DNA of 64,000 nt from Eledone cirrhosa. Its lineage: Eukaryota. The position numbers and the translations under genes were made by a program. Numbering within the stretch: the stretch's first letter is position 1; each line of letters opens with the position of its first letter. The DNA lies in the NCBI GenBank assembly GCA_964016885.1, contig OZ024743.1, positions 132,556,001 through 132,620,000 on the forward strand, given 5' to 3'. The notes under the pieces were generated by a model. It was given only the letters and a program-made list of their open reading frames with translations, had not been told where the DNA came from and did no database searches. Positions 1 to 13,746 of this stretch are shown here, piece by piece.

Positions 1-3000
1 TGGTGTTTGGTGTTTGCTGTTTGGTGTTTGGTCTTTGGTGCTTGGTGTTTGGTGCTTGGTGCTTGGTGTTTGGTGTTTGGTGCTTGGTGTTTGGTGTTTG
101 GTGCTTGGTGCTTGGTGCTTGGTGTTTGGTGCTTGGTGTCTGGTGCTTGGTGTCTGGTGCTTGGTGTTTGGTGCTTGGTGTTTGGTGCTTGGTGTTTGGT
201 GTTTGGTGCTTGTTGCTTGGTGCTTGGAGCTTGGTGTTTGGTGCTTGGTGCTTGGTGTTTGGTGCTGGGTGCTTGGTGTTTGGTGCTTGGTGCTTGGTGT
301 TTGGTGTTTGGTGCTTGGTGCTTGGTGTTTGGTGTTTGGTGTTATATGCTTGGTGTTTGGTGCTTGGTGCTTGGTGTTTGGTGTTTGGTTCTTGATGCTT
401 GGTATTTGGTGCTTGGTGCTTGCTGCTTGGTGTTTGGTGCTTGGTGATTGATGCTTGGTGTTTGGTGCTTGGTGCTTGGTGTTTGGTGTTTGGTGCTTGT
501 TGCTTGGTGCTTGGTGCTTGGTGTTTGGTGCTTGGTGCTTGGTGTTTGGTGCTGGGTGCTTGGTGTTTGGTGCTTGGTGCTTGGTGTTTGGTGTTTGGTG
601 CTTGGTGCTTGGTGTTTGGTGTTTGGTGTTATATGCTTGGTGTTTGGTGCTTGGTGCTTGGTGTTTGGTGTTTGGTTCTTGATGCTTGGTATTTGGTGCT
701 TGGTGCTTGCTGCTTGGTGTTTGGTGCTTGGTGATTGATGCTTGGTGTTTGGTGCTTGGTGCTTGGTGTTTGGTTTTTGGTGCTAGGTGCTTGGTGCTTG
801 GTGTTTGGTGCTTGGTGTTTGGTGTTTGGTGCTTGGTGCTTGGTGTTTGGTACTTGGTGCTTGGTGCTTGGTGTTTGGTGCTTGGTGCTTGGTGTTTGGT
901 GTTTGGTGTTTGGTGCTTGGTGCTTGGTGTTTGGTGCTTGGTGCTTGGTGCTTGGTGTTTCGTGCTAGGTGCATGGTGCTTGGTGTTTGGTGCTTGGTGC
1001 TTGGTGCTTGGTCTTTGGTGTTTGGTGTTTAGTGCTTGGTGCTTGGTGCTTGGTGCTTGGTGCTTGGTGCTTGGTCCTTGGTGTTTGGTGCTTGGTGCTT
1101 GGTGTTTGGTGTTTGGTGCTTGGTGCTTGGTGCTTCGTGTTTGGTGTTTGGTGCTTGGTGTCTGGAGCTTGGTGTTTGGTGTTTGGTGCTTGGTGTTTGG
1201 TGTTTGGTGCTTGGTGCTTGGTGTTTGGTGCTTGGTGCTTGGTGTTTGTACTTGGTGCTTGGTGCTTGGTGTTTGGTGCTTGGTTCTTGGTGTTTGGTGC
1301 TTGGTGTTTGGAGCTTGGTGCTTGGTGTTTGGTGCTTGGTGCTTGGTGTTTGTACTTGGTGCTTGGTGCTTGGTGTTTGGTGCTTGGTTCTTGGTGTTTG
1401 GTGCTTGGTGTTTGGAGCTTGGTGCTTGGTGTTTGGTGCTTGGTGCTTGGTGTTTGGTGTTTGGTGCTTGGTGCTTGGTGTTTGGTGTTTGGTGCTTGGT
1501 GTTTGGTGTTTGGTGTTTGGTGCTTGGTGCTTGGTGTTTGTTGCTTGGTACTTGGTGCATGGTGTTTGGTGCTGGGTGCTTGGTGTTTTGTGCTTGGTTC
1601 TTGGTGTTTGGTGTTTGGTGCTTGGTACTTGGTGTCTGGAGCTTGGTGTTTGGTGTTTGGTGCTTGGTGTTTGGTGCTTGGTGCTTGGTGTTTGGTGTTT
1701 CGTGTTTGATGCTTGGTGTTTTATGCTTGGTGCTTGGTGTTTGGTGCTTGGTGTTTGTATTTGGTGCTTGGTGCTTGGTGTTTTGTGCTTGGTTCTTGGT
1801 GTTTGGTGTTTGGTGCTTGGTACTTGGTGCTTGGTGTTAGGTGTTTGGTGCTTGGTGCTTGGTGTTTGGTGTTTGGTCCTTGGTGCTTGGTGCTTGGTCT
1901 TTAGTTCTTGGTGCTTGGTGTTTGTTGTTTGGTGCTTTCTGTTTGCTGCTTGGTGTTTGCTGCTTGGTGCTTGGTGCTTGGTGTTTGGTGTTTGGTGCTA
2001 GGTGCTTGGTGTTTGGTGTTTGGTGTTTGATGCTTGGTGTTTGGTGCTTGGTGTTTGGTGCTTGGTGCTTGGGGCTTGGTGTTTGGTGCTTGGTGCTTGG
2101 TGCTTGGTGTTTCGTGCTTGGTGCTTGGTGTTTGGTGTTTGGTGTTTGGTGCTTGGTGCTTTGTGTTTGGTGCTTGGTGCTTGGTGCTGGGTGGTTGGTA
2201 TTTGGTGCTTGGTGCTTGGTGTTTGGTGCTTGGTGCTTGGTGCTTGGTGTTTGGTGCTTGGTGCTTGGTGCTTGGTCTTTGGTGCTTGGTGTTTGGTGTT
2301 TGGTGCTTCATGCTTTGTGTTTGGTGCTTGGTGATTAGTGTTTGGTGCTTGGTACTTGGTGTTTGGTGCTTGGTGTTTGGTGTTTGCTGTTTGGTGTTTG
2401 GTGTTTGGTGTTTGCTGTTTGGTGTCTGCTTTTTGGTGTTTGGTGTTTGTTGTATGGTGTTTGCTGTTTCGTGTTTGGTGTTTGCTGTTTGGTGTTTGGT
2501 GTTTGCTGTTTGGTGTTTGGTCTTTGGTGCTTGGTCCTTGGTGTTTGGTGCTTGGTGCTTGGTGTTTGGTGTTTGGTGCTTGGTGCTTGTTGCTTCGTGT
2601 TTGCTGTTTGGTGCTTGGTGTCTGGAGCTTGGTGTTTGGTGTTTGGTGCTTGGTGTTTGGTGTTTGGTGCTTGGTGCTTGGTGTTTGGTGCTTGGTGCTT
2701 GGTGTTTGTACTTGGTGCTTGGTGCTTGGTGTTTGGTGATTGGTTCTTGGTGTTTGGTGCTTGGTGTTTGGAGCTTGGTGCTTGGTGTTTGGTGCTTGGT
2801 GCTTGGTGTTTGGTGTTTGGTGTTTGGTGCTTGGTGTTTGGTGTTTGGTACTTGGTGCATGGTGTTTGGTGCTGGGTGCTTGGTGTTTGGTCCTTGGTGT
2901 TTGGTGCTTGGTGCTTGGTGTTTGGTGTTTGTTGTTTGATGCTTGGTGTTTTATGCTTGGTGCTTGGTGTTTGGTGCTTGGTGTTTGTACTTGGGTCTTG

Positions 3001-6000
3001 GTGCTTGGTGTTTTGTGCTTGGTTCTTGGTGTTTGGTGTTTGGTGCTTGGTACTTGGTGCGTGGTGTTAGGTGTTTGGTGCTTGGTGCTTGGTGTTTGGT
3101 GTTTGGTCCTTGGTGCTTGGTGCTTGGTGTTTAGTGCTTGGTGCTTGGTGTTTGTTGTTTGGTGCTTTCTGTTTGCTGCTTGGTGTTTGCTGCTTGGTGC
3201 TTGGTGCTTGGTGTTTGGTGTTTGGTGCTAGGTGCTTGGTGTTTGGTGTTTGGTGTTATATGCTTGGTGTTTGATGCTTGGTGCTTGGTGCTTGGTGTTT
3301 GGTGTTTGGTGCTTGGTGTTTTATGCTTGGTGTTTGATGTTTGGTGCTTGGTGCTTGGTGTTTGGTGCTTGGTGCTTGGTGTTTGTACTTGGTGCTTGGT
3401 GCTTGGTTCTTGGTGTTTGGTGCTAGGTGCTTGGTGCTTGGTGCTTGGTGTTTGGTGCTTGGTGTTTGGTGCTTCGTGTTTGGTGCTTGGTGCCTGGTGC
3501 TTGGTGCTTGGTGCTTGGTGTTTGGTGCTTGGTGTTTGCTGCTTGGTATTAGGTGTTTGGTGCTTGGTGCTTGGTGTTTGGTGTTTGGTGCTTGGTGTTT
3601 GGTGCTTGGTGTTTGGTGTTTGGTGCTTGGTGTTTGGTGCTTGGTACTTGGTGCTTGGTGCTTGGTGTTAGGTGTTTGGTGCTTGGTGCTTGGTGTTTGG
3701 TTTTTGGTGCTTGGTGCTTGGTGTTTGGTGTTTGGTGCTTGCTGCTGGCTGCTTGGTGTTTGGTGCTTGGTGATTGGTGCTTGGTGTTTGGTGCTTGGTG
3801 TTTGGTGTTTGGTACTAGGTGCTTGGTGCTTGGTGTTTGGTGCTTGGTGCTTGGTGTTTGGTGCTTGGTGCTTAGTGTTTGGTGCTAGGTGCTTGGGGTT
3901 TGGTGTTTGGTGCTTGGTGCTTGGTGTTTGGTGCTTGGTGCTTGGTGTTTGGTGTTTGGTGCTTGGTGCTTGGTGTTTGGTGTTTGCTGTTTGGTGTTTG
4001 GTGTTTGGTGTTTGCTGTTTGGTGTCTGCTTTTTGGTGTTTGGTGTTTGCGGTATGGTGTTTGCTGTTTCGTGTTTGGTGTTTGCTGTTTGGTGTTTGGT
4101 GTTTGCTGTTTGGTGTTTGGTCTTTGGTGCTTGGTGTTTGGTGCTTGGTGCTTGGTGTTTGGTGTTTGGTGCTTGGTGTTTGGTGTTTGGTGCTTGGTGC
4201 TTGGTGCTTGGTGTTTGGTGCTTGGTGTCTGGTGCTTGGTGTCTGGTGCTTGGTGTTTGGTGCTTGGTGTTTGGTGCTTGGTGTTTGGTGTTTGGTGCTT
4301 GTTGCTTGGTGCTTGGAGCTTGGTGTTTGGTGCTTGGTGCTTGGTGTTTGGTGCTGGGTGCTTGGTGTTTGGTGCTTGGTGCTTGGTGTTTGGTGTTTGG
4401 TGCTTGGTGCTTGGTGTTTGGTGTTTGGTGTTATATGCTTGGTGTTTGGTGCTTGGTGCTTGGTGTTTGGTGTTTGGTTCTTGATGCTTGGTATTTGGTG
4501 CTTGGTGCTTGCTGCTTGGTGTTTGGTGCTTGGTGATTGATGCTTGGTGTTTGGTGCTTGGTGCTTGGTGTTTGGTGTTTGGTGCTTGTTGCTTGGTGCT
4601 TGGTGCTTGGTGTTTGGTGCTTGGTGCTTGGTGTTTGGTGCTGGGTGCTTGGTGTTTGGTGCTTGGTGCTTGGTGTTTGGTGTTTGGTGCTTGGTGCTTG
4701 GTGTTTGGTGTTTGGTGTTATATGCTTGGTGTTTGGTGCTTGGTGCTTGGTGTTTGGTGTTTGGTTCTTGATGCTTGGTATTTGGTGCTTGGTGCTTGCT
4801 GCTTGGTGTTTGGTGCTTGGTGATTGATGCTTGGTGTTTGGTGCTTGGTGCTTGGTGTTTGGTTTTTGGTGCTAGGTGCTTGGTGCTTGGTGTTTGGTGC
4901 TTGGTGTTTGGTGTTTGGTGCTTGGTGCTTGGTGTTTGGTACTTGGTGCTTGGTGCTTGGTGTTTGGTGCTTGGTGCTTGGTGTTTGGTGTTTGGTGTTT
5001 GGTGCTTGGTGCTTGGTGTTTGGTGCTTGGTGCTTGGTGCTTGGTGTTTCGTGCTAGGTGCATGGTGCTTGGTGTTTGGTGCTTGGTGCTTGGTGCTTGG
5101 TCTTTGGTGTTTGGTGTTTAGTGCTTGGTGCTTGGTGCTTGGTGCTTGGTGCTTGGTGCTTGGTCCTTGGTGTTTGGTGCTTGGTGCTTGGTGTTTGGTG
5201 TTTGGTGCTTGGTGCTTGGTGCTTCGTGTTTGGTGTTTGGTGCTTGGTGTCTGGAGCTTGGTGTTTGGTGTTTGGTGCTTGGTGTTTGGTGTTTGGTGCT
5301 TGGTGCTTGGTGTTTGGTGCTTGGTGCTTGGTGTTTGTACTTGGTGCTTGGTGCTTGGTGTTTGGTGCTTGGTTCTTGGTGTTTGGTGCTTGGTGTTTGG
5401 AGCTTGGTGCTTGGTGTTTGGTGCTTGGTGCTTGGTGTTTGTACTTGGTGCTTGGTGCTTGGTGTTTGGTGCTTGGTTCTTGGTGTTTGGTGCTTGGTGT
5501 TTGGAGCTTGGTGCTTGGTGTTTGGTGCTTGGTGCTTGGTGTTTGGTGTTTGGTGCTTGGTGCTTGGTGTTTGGTGTTTGGTGCTTGGTGTTTGGTGTTT
5601 GGTGTTTGGTGCTTGGTGCTTGGTGTTTGTTGCTTGGTACTTGGTGCATGGTGTTTGGTGCTGGGTGCTTGGTGTTTTGTGCTTGGTTCTTGGTGTTTGG
5701 TGTTTGGTGCTTGGTACTTGGTGTCTGGAGCTTGGTGTTTGGTGTTTGGTGCTTGGTGTTTGGTGCTTGGTGCTTGGTGTTTGGTGTTTCGTGTTTGATG
5801 CTTGGTGTTTTATGCTTGGTGCTTGGTGTTTGGTGCTTGGTGTTTGTATTTGGTGCTTGGTGCTTGGTGTTTTGTGCTTGGTTCTTGGTGTTTGGTGTTT
5901 GGTGCTTGGTACTTGGTGCTTGGTGTTAGGTGTTTGGTGCTTGGTGCTTGGTGTTTGGTGTTTGGTCCTTGGTGCTTGGTGCTTGGTCTTTAGTTCTTGG

Positions 6001-6625
6001 TGCTTGGTGTTTGTTGTTTGGTGCTTTCTGTTTGCTGCTTGGTGTTTGCTGCTTGGTGCTTGGTGCTTGGTGTTTGGTGTTTGGTGCTAGGTGCTTGGTG
6101 TTTGGTGTTTGGTGTTTGATGCTTGGTGTTTGGTGCTTGGTGTTTGGTGCTTGGTGCTTGGGGCTTGGTGTTTGGTGCTTGGTGCTTGGTGCTTGGTGTT
6201 TCGTGCTTGGTGCTTGGTGTTTGGTGTTTGGTGTTTGGTGCTTGGTGCTTTGTGTTTGGTGCTTGGTGCTTGGTGCTGGGTGGTTGGTATTTGGTGCTTG
6301 GTGCTTGGTGTTTGGTGCTTGGTGCTTGGTGCTTGGTGTTTGGTGCTTGGTGCTTGGTGCTTGGTCTTTGGTGCTTGGTGTTTGGTGTTTGGTGCTTGAT
6401 GCTTTGTGTTTGGTGCTTGGTGATTAGTGTTTGGTGCTTGGTACTTGGTGTTTGGTGCTTGGTGTTTGGTGTTTGCTGTTTGGTGTTTGGTGTTTGGTGT
6501 TTGCTGTTTGGTGTCTGCTTTTTGGTGTTTGGTGTTTGTTGTATGGTGTTTGCTGTTTCGTGTTTGGTGTTTGCTGTTTGGTGTTTGGTGTTTGCTGTTT
6601 GGTGTTTGGTCTTTGGTGCTTGGTG
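1..6625 (+). repeat. Higher-order duplication with a 4,089-bp period (1 to about 2535 repeated at 4090 to about 6625)
   Basis: ORF-track pairs share the offset 4089 (399/4488, 686/4775, 1036/5125, 2034/6123). One difference seen (cttcatg versus cttgatg near 2309/6398). Confidence 0.9.
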
Positions 6626-9600
6626 TTTGGTGCTTGGTGCTTGGTGTTTGGTGTTTGGTGCTTGGTGCTTGGTGCTTGGTGTTTGGTGCTTGGTGCTTGG
6701 TGTTTGGTGCTTGGTGTTTGGTGCTTGGTGCTTGGTGTTTGGTGCTTGGTGCTGGGTGGTTGGTGTTTGGTGCTTGGTGCTTGGTGTTTCGTGCTAGGTG
6801 CATGGTGCTTGGTGTTTGGTGCTTGGTGCTTGGTGCTTGGTGCTTGGTGCTTGGTCCTTGGTGTTTGGTGCTTGGTGCTTGGTCTTTGGTGTTTGGTGCT
6901 TGGTGCTTGGTGCTTCGTGTTTGGTGTTTGGTGCTTGGTGTCTGGAGCTTGGTGTTTGGTGTTTGGTTCTTGGTGTTTGGTGTTTCGTGCTTGGTGCTTG
7001 GTGTTTGGTGCTTGGTGCTTGGTGTTTGGTGCTTGGTGTTTGGGGCTTGGTTCTTGGTGTTTGGTGCTTGGTGTTTGGAGCTTGGTGCTTGGTGTTTGGT
7101 GCTTGGTGCTTGGTGTTTGTACTTGGTGCTTGGTGCTTGGTGTTTGGTGCTTGGTTCTTGGTGTTTGGTGCTTGGTGTTTGGAGCTTGGTGCTTGGTGTT
7201 TGGTGCTTGGTGCTTGGTGTTTGGTGTTTGGTGCTCGGTGCTTGGTGTTTGGTGTTTGGTGCTTGGTGTTTGGTGTTTGGTGCTTGGTGCTTGGTGTTTG
7301 TTGCTTGGTACTTGGTGCATGGTGTTTGGTGCTGGGTGCTTGGTGTTTTGTGCTTGGTTCTTGGTGTTTGGTGTTTGGTGCTTGGTACTTGGTGTCTGGA
7401 GCTTGGTGTTTGGTGTTTGGTGCTTGGTGTTTGGTGCTTGGTGCTTGGTGTTTGGTGTTTGGTGTTTGATGCTTGGTGTTTTATGCTTGGTGCTTGGTGT
7501 TTGGTGCTTGGTGTTTGTATTTGGTGCTTGGTGCTTGGTGTTTTGTGCTTGGGTCTTGGTGTTTGGTGTTTGGTGCTTGGTACTTGGTGCTTGGTGTTAG
7601 GTGTTTGGTGCTTGGTGCTTGGTGTTTGGTGTTTGGTCCTTGGTGCTTGGTGCTTGGTGTTTAGTGCTTGGTGCTTGGTGTTTGTTGTTTGGTGCTTTCT
7701 GTTTGCTGCTTGGTCTTTGCTGCTTGGTGCTTGGTGCCTGGTGTTTGGTGTTTGGTGCTAGGTGCTTGGTGTTTGGTGTTTGGTGTTTGATGCTTGGTGT
7801 TTGGTGCTTGGTGTTTGGTGCTTGGTGCTTGGGGCTTGGTGTTTGGTGCTTGGTGCTTGGTGCTTGGTGTTTGGTGCTTGGTGCTTGGTGTTTGGTGTTT
7901 GGTGTTTGGTGCTTGGTGCTTGGTGTTTGGTGCTTGGTGCTTGGTGCTGGGTGGTTGGTATTTGGTGCTTGGTGCTTGGTGTTTGGTGCTTGGTGCTTGG
8001 TGCTTGGTGTTTGGTGCTTGGTGCTTGGTGCTTGGTCTTTGGTGCTTGGTGTTTGGTGTTTGGTGTTTGGTGCTTTGTGTTTGGTGCTTGGTGATTAGTG
8101 TTTGGTGCTTGGTACTTGGTGTTTGGTGCTTGGTGTTTGGTGTTTGCTGTTTGGTGTTTGGTGTTTGCTGTTTGCTGTTTGGTGTCTGCTTTTTGGTGTT
8201 TGGTGTTTGCTGTATGGTGTTTGCTGTTTCGTGTTTGGTGTTTGCTGTTTGCTGTTTGGTGTTTGCTGTTTGGTGTTTGGTCTTTGGTGCTTGGTGTTTG
8301 GTGCTTGGTGCTTGGTGTTTGGTGTTTGGTGCTTGGTGCTTGGTGCTTGGTGTTTGGTGCTTGGTGTCTGGTGCTTGGTGTCTGGTGCTTGGTGTTTGGT
8401 GTTTGGTGTTTGGTGCTTGGTGTTTGGTGTTTGGTGTTTGGTGTTTGGTGCTTGTTGCTTGGTGCTTGGTGCTTGGTGTTTGGTGCTTGGTGCTTGGTGT
8501 TTGGTGCTGGGGGCTTGGTGTTTGGTGCTTGGTGCTTGGTGCTTGGTGTTTGGTGTTTGGTGCTTGGTGCTTGGTGTTTGGTGTTTGGTGTTATATGCTT
8601 GGTGTTTGATGCTTGGTGCTTGGTGCTTGGTGTTTGGTGTTTGGTGCTTGGTGTTTTATGCTTGGTGTTTGATGTTTGGTGCTTGGTGCTTGGTTTTTGG
8701 TGCTTGGTGCTTGGTGTTTCTACTTGGTGCTTGGTGCTTGGTTCTTGGTGTTTGGTGCTTGGTGCTTGGTGCTTGGTGCTTGGTGTTTGGTGCTTGGTGT
8801 TTGGTGCTTGGTGTTTGGTGCTTGGTGCCTGGTGCTTGGTGCTTGGTGCTTGGTGTTTGGTGCTTGGTGTTTGGTGCTTGGTATTAGGTGTTTGGTGCTT
8901 GGTGCTTGGTGTTTGGTGTTTGGTGCTTGGTGTTTGGTGCTTGGTGTTTGGTGTTTGGTGCTTGGTATTTGGTGCTTGGTACTTGGTGCTTGGTGCTTGG
9001 TGCTAGGTGTTTGGTGCTTGGTGCTTGGTGTTTGGTTTTTGGTGCTTGGTGCTTGGTGTTTGGTGTTTGGTGCTTGCTGCTGGCTGCTTGGTGTTTGGTG
9101 CTTGGTGATTGGTGCTTGGTGTTTGGTGCTTGGTGTTTGGTGTTTGGTACTAGGTGCTTGGTGCTTGGTGTTTGGTGCTTGGTGCTTGGTGTTTGGTGTT
9201 TGGTGATTGGTGCTTGGTGTTTGGTGCTTGGTGCTGGGTTCTGGGTGGTTGGTGTTTGGTGCTTGGTGTTTGGTGCTGGGTGCTTGGTGTTTGGTGCTTG
9301 GTGCTTGGTCTTTGGTGTTTGGTGTTTGGTGTTTGGGGCTTGGTGCTTGGTGCTTGGTGTTTGGTGCTTGGTGCTTGGTGTTTGGTGCTTGGTGCTTAGT
9401 GTTTGGTGCTAGGTGCTTGGGGTTTGGTGTTTGGTGCTTGGTGCTTGGTGTTTGGTGCTTGGTGCTTGGTGTTTGGTGTTTGGTGCTTGGTGCTTGGTGC
9501 TTGGTGTTTGGTGTTTCCTGTTTGCTGTTTGGTGTTTGGTGTTTGGTGTTTGCTGTTTGGTGTCTGCTTTTTGGTGTTTGGTGTTTGCTGTATGTTATTT

Positions 9601-12600
9601 GCTGTTTGGTGTTTGGTGTTTGGTGTTTGGTGCTTGGTGCTTGGTGTTTGGTGCTTGGTGCTTGGTGTTTGGTGCCTGGTGCTTGGGGCTTGGTGTTTGG
9701 TGTTTGGTGCTTGGTGCTTGGAGTTTGGTGTTTGGTGCTTGGTGCTTGGTGTTTTGTGTTTGGTGTTTGGTTTTTGGTGCTTGGTGCTTGGTGCTTGGTG
9801 CTTGGTCCTTGGTGTTTGGTGCTTGGTGCTTGGTGTTTGTACTTGGTGCTTGGTGCTTGGTGTTTGGTTCTTGGTTCTTGGTGTTTGGTACTTGGTGCTT
9901 GGTGCTTGGTGTTTGGTGCTTGGTGCTTGGTGTTTGGTGTTTGGTGTTTGGTGCTTGGTGCTTGGTGTTTGGTGCTTGGTGCTTGGTGCTGGGTGGTTGG
10001 TATTTGGTGCTTGGTGCTTGGTGTTTGGTGCTTGGTGCTTGGTGCTTGGTGTTTCGTGCTTGGTGCTTGGTGCTTGGTCTTTGGTGCTTGGTGTTTGGTG
10101 TTTGGTGCTTGGTGCTTTGTGTTTAGTGCTTGGTGATTAGTGTTTGGTGCTTGGTACTTGGTGTTTGGTGCTTGGTGTTTGGTGTTTGCTGTTTGGTGTT
10201 TGGTGTTTGGTATTTGCTGTTTGGTGTCTGCTTTTTGGTGTTTGGTGTTTGCTGTATGGTGTTTGCTGTTTCGTGTTTGGTGTTTGCTGTTTGGTGTTTG
10301 GTGTTTGCTGTTTGGTGTTTGGTCTTTGGTGCTTGGTGTTTGGTGCTTGGTGCTTGGTGTTTGGTGTTTGGTGCTTGGTGTTTGGTGTTTGGTGCTTGGT
10401 GCTTGGTGCTTGGTGTTTGGTGCTTGGTGTCTGGTGCTTGGTGTCTGGTGCTTGGTGTTTGGTGTTTGGTGTTTGGTGCTTGGTGTTTGGTGTTTGGTGT
10501 TTGGTGTTTGGTGCTTGTTGCTTGGTGCTTGGTGCTTGGTGTTTGGTGCTTGGTGCTTGGTGTTTGGTGCTGTGTGCTTGGTGTTTGGTGCTTGGTGCTT
10601 GGTGTTTGGTGTTTGGTGCTTGGTGCTTGGTGTTTGGTGTTTGGTGTTATATGCTTGGTGTTTGGTGCTTGGTGCTTGGTGTTTGGTGTTTGGTTCTTGA
10701 TGCTTGGTATTTGGTGCTTGGTGCTTGCTGCTTGGTGTTTGGTGCTTGGTGCTTGGTGTTTGGTACTTGGTGCTTGGTGCTTGGTGTTTGGTGCTTGGTG
10801 CTTGGTGTTTGGTGTTTGGTTCTTGATGCTTGGTATTTGGTGCTTGGTGCTTGCTGCTTGGTGTTTGGTGCTTGGTGCTTGGTGTTTGGTACTTGGTGCT
10901 TGGTGCTTGGTGTTTGGTGCTTGGTGCTTGGTGTTTGGTGTTTGGTGTTTGGTGCTTGGTGCTTGGTGTTTGGTGCTTGGTGCTGGGTGGTTGGTGTTTG
11001 GTGTTTGGTGCTTGGTGTTTTGTACTAGGTGCATGGTGCCTGGTGTTTGGTGCTTGGTGCTTGGTGCTTGGTCTTTGGTGTTTGGTGTTTAGTGCTTGGT
11101 GCTTGGTGCTTGGTGCTTGGTGCTTGGTGCTTGGTCCTTGGTGTTTGGTGCTTGGTGCTTGGTGTTTGGTGTTTGGTGCTTGGTGCTTGGTGCTTCGTGT
11201 TTGGTGTTTGGTGCTTGGTGTCTGGAGCTTGGTGTTTGGTGTTTGGTGCTTGGTGCTTGGTGTTTGGTGCTTGGTGCTTGGTGCTTGGTGTTTGGTGCTT
11301 GGTTCTTGGTGCTTGGTCTTTGGTGCTTGGTGTTTGGTGTTTGGTGCCTGGTGCTTTGTGTTTGGTGCTTGGTGATTAGTGTTTGGTGCTTGGTACTTGG
11401 TGTTTGGTGCTTGGTGTTTGGTGTTTGCTGTTTGGTGTTTGGTGTTTGCTGTTTGCTGTTTGGTGTCTGCTTTTTGGTGTTTGGTGTTTGCTGTATGGTG
11501 TTTGCTGTTTCGTGTTTGGTGTTTGCTGTTTGGTGTTTGGTGTTTGCTGTTTGGTGTTTGGTCTTTGGTGCTTGGTGTTTGGTGCTTGGTGCTTGGTGTT
11601 TGTACTTGGTGCTTGGTGCTTGGTGTTTGGTTCTTGGTTCTTGGTGTTTGGTACTTGGTGCTTGGTGCTTGGTGTTTGGTGCTTGGTGCTTGGTGTTTGG
11701 TGTTTGGTGTTTGGTGCTTGGTGCTTGGTGTTTGGTGCTTGGTGCTTGGTGCTGGGTGGTTGGTATTTGGTGCTTGGTGCTTGGTGTTTGGTGCTTGGTG
11801 CTTGGTGCTTGGTGTTTGGTGCTTGGTGCTTGGTGCTTGGTCTTTGGTGCTTGGTGTTTGGTGTTTGGTGCTTGGTGCTTTGTGTTTGCTGCTTGGTGAT
11901 TAGTGTTTGGTGCTTGGTACTTGGTGTTTGGTGCTTGGTGTTTAGTGTTTGCTGTTTGGTGTTTGGTCTTTGGTGCTTGGTGTTTGGTGCTTGGTGCTTG
12001 GTGTTTGTACTTGGTGCTTGGTGCTTGGTGTTTGGTTCTTGGTTCTTGGTGTTTGGTACTTGGTGCTTGGTGCTTGGTGTTTGGTGCTTGGTGCTTGGTG
12101 TTTGGTGTTTGGTGTTTGGTGCTTGGTGCTTGGTGTTTGGTGCTTGGTGCTTGGTGCTGGGTGGTTGGTATTTGGTGCTTGGTGCTTGGTGTTTGGTGCT
12201 TGGTGCTTGGTGCTTGGTGTTTGGTGCTTGGTGCTTGGTGCTTGGTCTTTGGTGCTTGGTGTTTGGTGTTTGGTGCTTGGTGCTTTGTGTTTGCTGCTTG
12301 GTGATTAGTGTTTGGTGCTTGGTACTTGGTGTTTGGTGCTTGGTGTTTAGTGTTTGCTGTTTGGTGTTTGGTGTTTGGTGTTTGCTGTTTGGTGTCTGCT
12401 TTTTGGTGTTTGGTGTTTGCTGTATGGTGTTTGCTGTTTGGTGTTTGGTGTTTGCTGTTTGGTGTTTGGTGTTTGCCGTTTGGTGTATGGTCTTTGGTGC
12501 TTGGTGTTTGGTGCTTGGTGCTTGGTGTTTGGTGTTTGGTGCTTGGTGTTTGGTGCTTGGTGTTTGGTGCTTGGTGCTTGGTGCTTGGTGTTTGGTGCTT

Positions 12601-13742
12601 GGTGCTTGGTGCTTGGTGTTTGGTGCTTGGTGTCTGGTGCTTGGTGTCTGGTGCTTGGTGTTTGGTGTTTGGTGTTTGGTGCTTGGTGTTTGGTGTTTGG
12701 TGTTTGGTGTTTGGTGCTTGTTGCTTGGTGCTTGGTGCTTGGTGTTTGGTGCTTGGTGCTTGGTGTTTGGTGCTGGGTGCTTGGTGTTTGGTGCTTGGTG
12801 CTTGGTGTTTGGTGTTTGGTGCTTGGTGCTTGGTGTTTGGTGTTTGGTGTTATATGCTTGGTGTTTGGTGCTTGGTGCTTGGTGTTTGCTGTTTGGTTCT
12901 TGATGCTTGGTATCTGGTGCTTGGTGCTTGCTGCTTGGTGTTTGGTGCTTGGTGATTGATGCTTGGTGTTTGGTGCTTGGTGCTTGGTGTTTGGTTTTTG
13001 GTGCTTGGTGCTTGGTGTTTGGTGCTTGGTGCTTGGTGCTGGGTCGTTGGTATTTGGTGCTTGGTGCTTGGTGTTTGGTGCTTGGTGCTTGGTGCTTGGT
13101 GTTTGGTGCTTGGTGCTTGGTGCTTGGTCTTTGGTGCTTGGTGTTTGGTGTTTGGTGCTTGGTGCTTTGTGTTTGGTGCTTGGTGATTAGTGTTTGGTGC
13201 TTGGTACTTGGTGTTTGGTGCTTGGTGTTTGGTGTTTGTTGTTTGGTGTTTGGTGTTTGGTGTTTGCTGTTTGGTGTCTGCTTTTTGGTGTTTGGTGTTT
13301 GCTGTATGGTGTTTGCTGTTTCGTGTTTGGTGTTTGCTGTTTGGTGTTTGGTGTTTGCTGTTTGGTGTTTGGTCTTTGGTGCTTGGTGTTTGGTGCTTGG
13401 TGCTTGGTGTTTGGTGTTTGGTGCTTGGTGCTTGGTGCTTCGTGTTTGGTGTTTGGTGCTTGGTGTCTGGAGCTTGGTGTTTGGTGTTTGGTGCTTGGTG
13501 TTTGGTGTTTCGTGCTTGGTGCTTGGTGTTTGGTGCTTGGTGCTTGGTGTTTGGTGCTTGGTGTTTGGTGCTTGGTTCTTGGTGTTTGGTGCTTGGTGTT
13601 TGGAGCTTGGTGCTTGGTGTTTGGTGCTTGGTGCTTGGTGTTTGTACTTGGTGCTTGGTGCTTGGTGTTTGGTGCTTGGTTCTTGGTGTTTGGTGCTTGG
13701 TGTTTGGAGCTTGGTGCTTGGTGTTTGGTGCTTGGTGCTTGG

Positions 13743-13746
13743 TGTT
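13743..13746 (+). other. Target-site duplication TGTT, left copy
   Basis: Junctions read cttggTGTT|tatagcgg and ccgctaca|TGTTtggtg. Removing the element plus one TGTT restores the 7-bp phase and reproduces the paralogous empty site at about 7180-7310. Confidence 0.92.

Larger units (their letters stand above)
1..13746 (+). repeat. 7-bp satellite array (TTGGTGC/TTGGTGT)n, left arm; continues beyond the window start
   Basis: Continuous heptamer tandem repeat with C/T dimorphism at one position. Sparse variants include TTGCTGT, TTGGTAC, TAGGTGC, TTGGAGC and the 6-bp unit TTGTAC. Confidence 0.99.

Noticed and set aside
9510-9519. Satellite variant TGGTGTTTCC matching 10 nt of a tRNA-Val PBS
   Set aside because: It is two substitutions away from the satellite consensus and has no adjacent LTR, so chance explains it.
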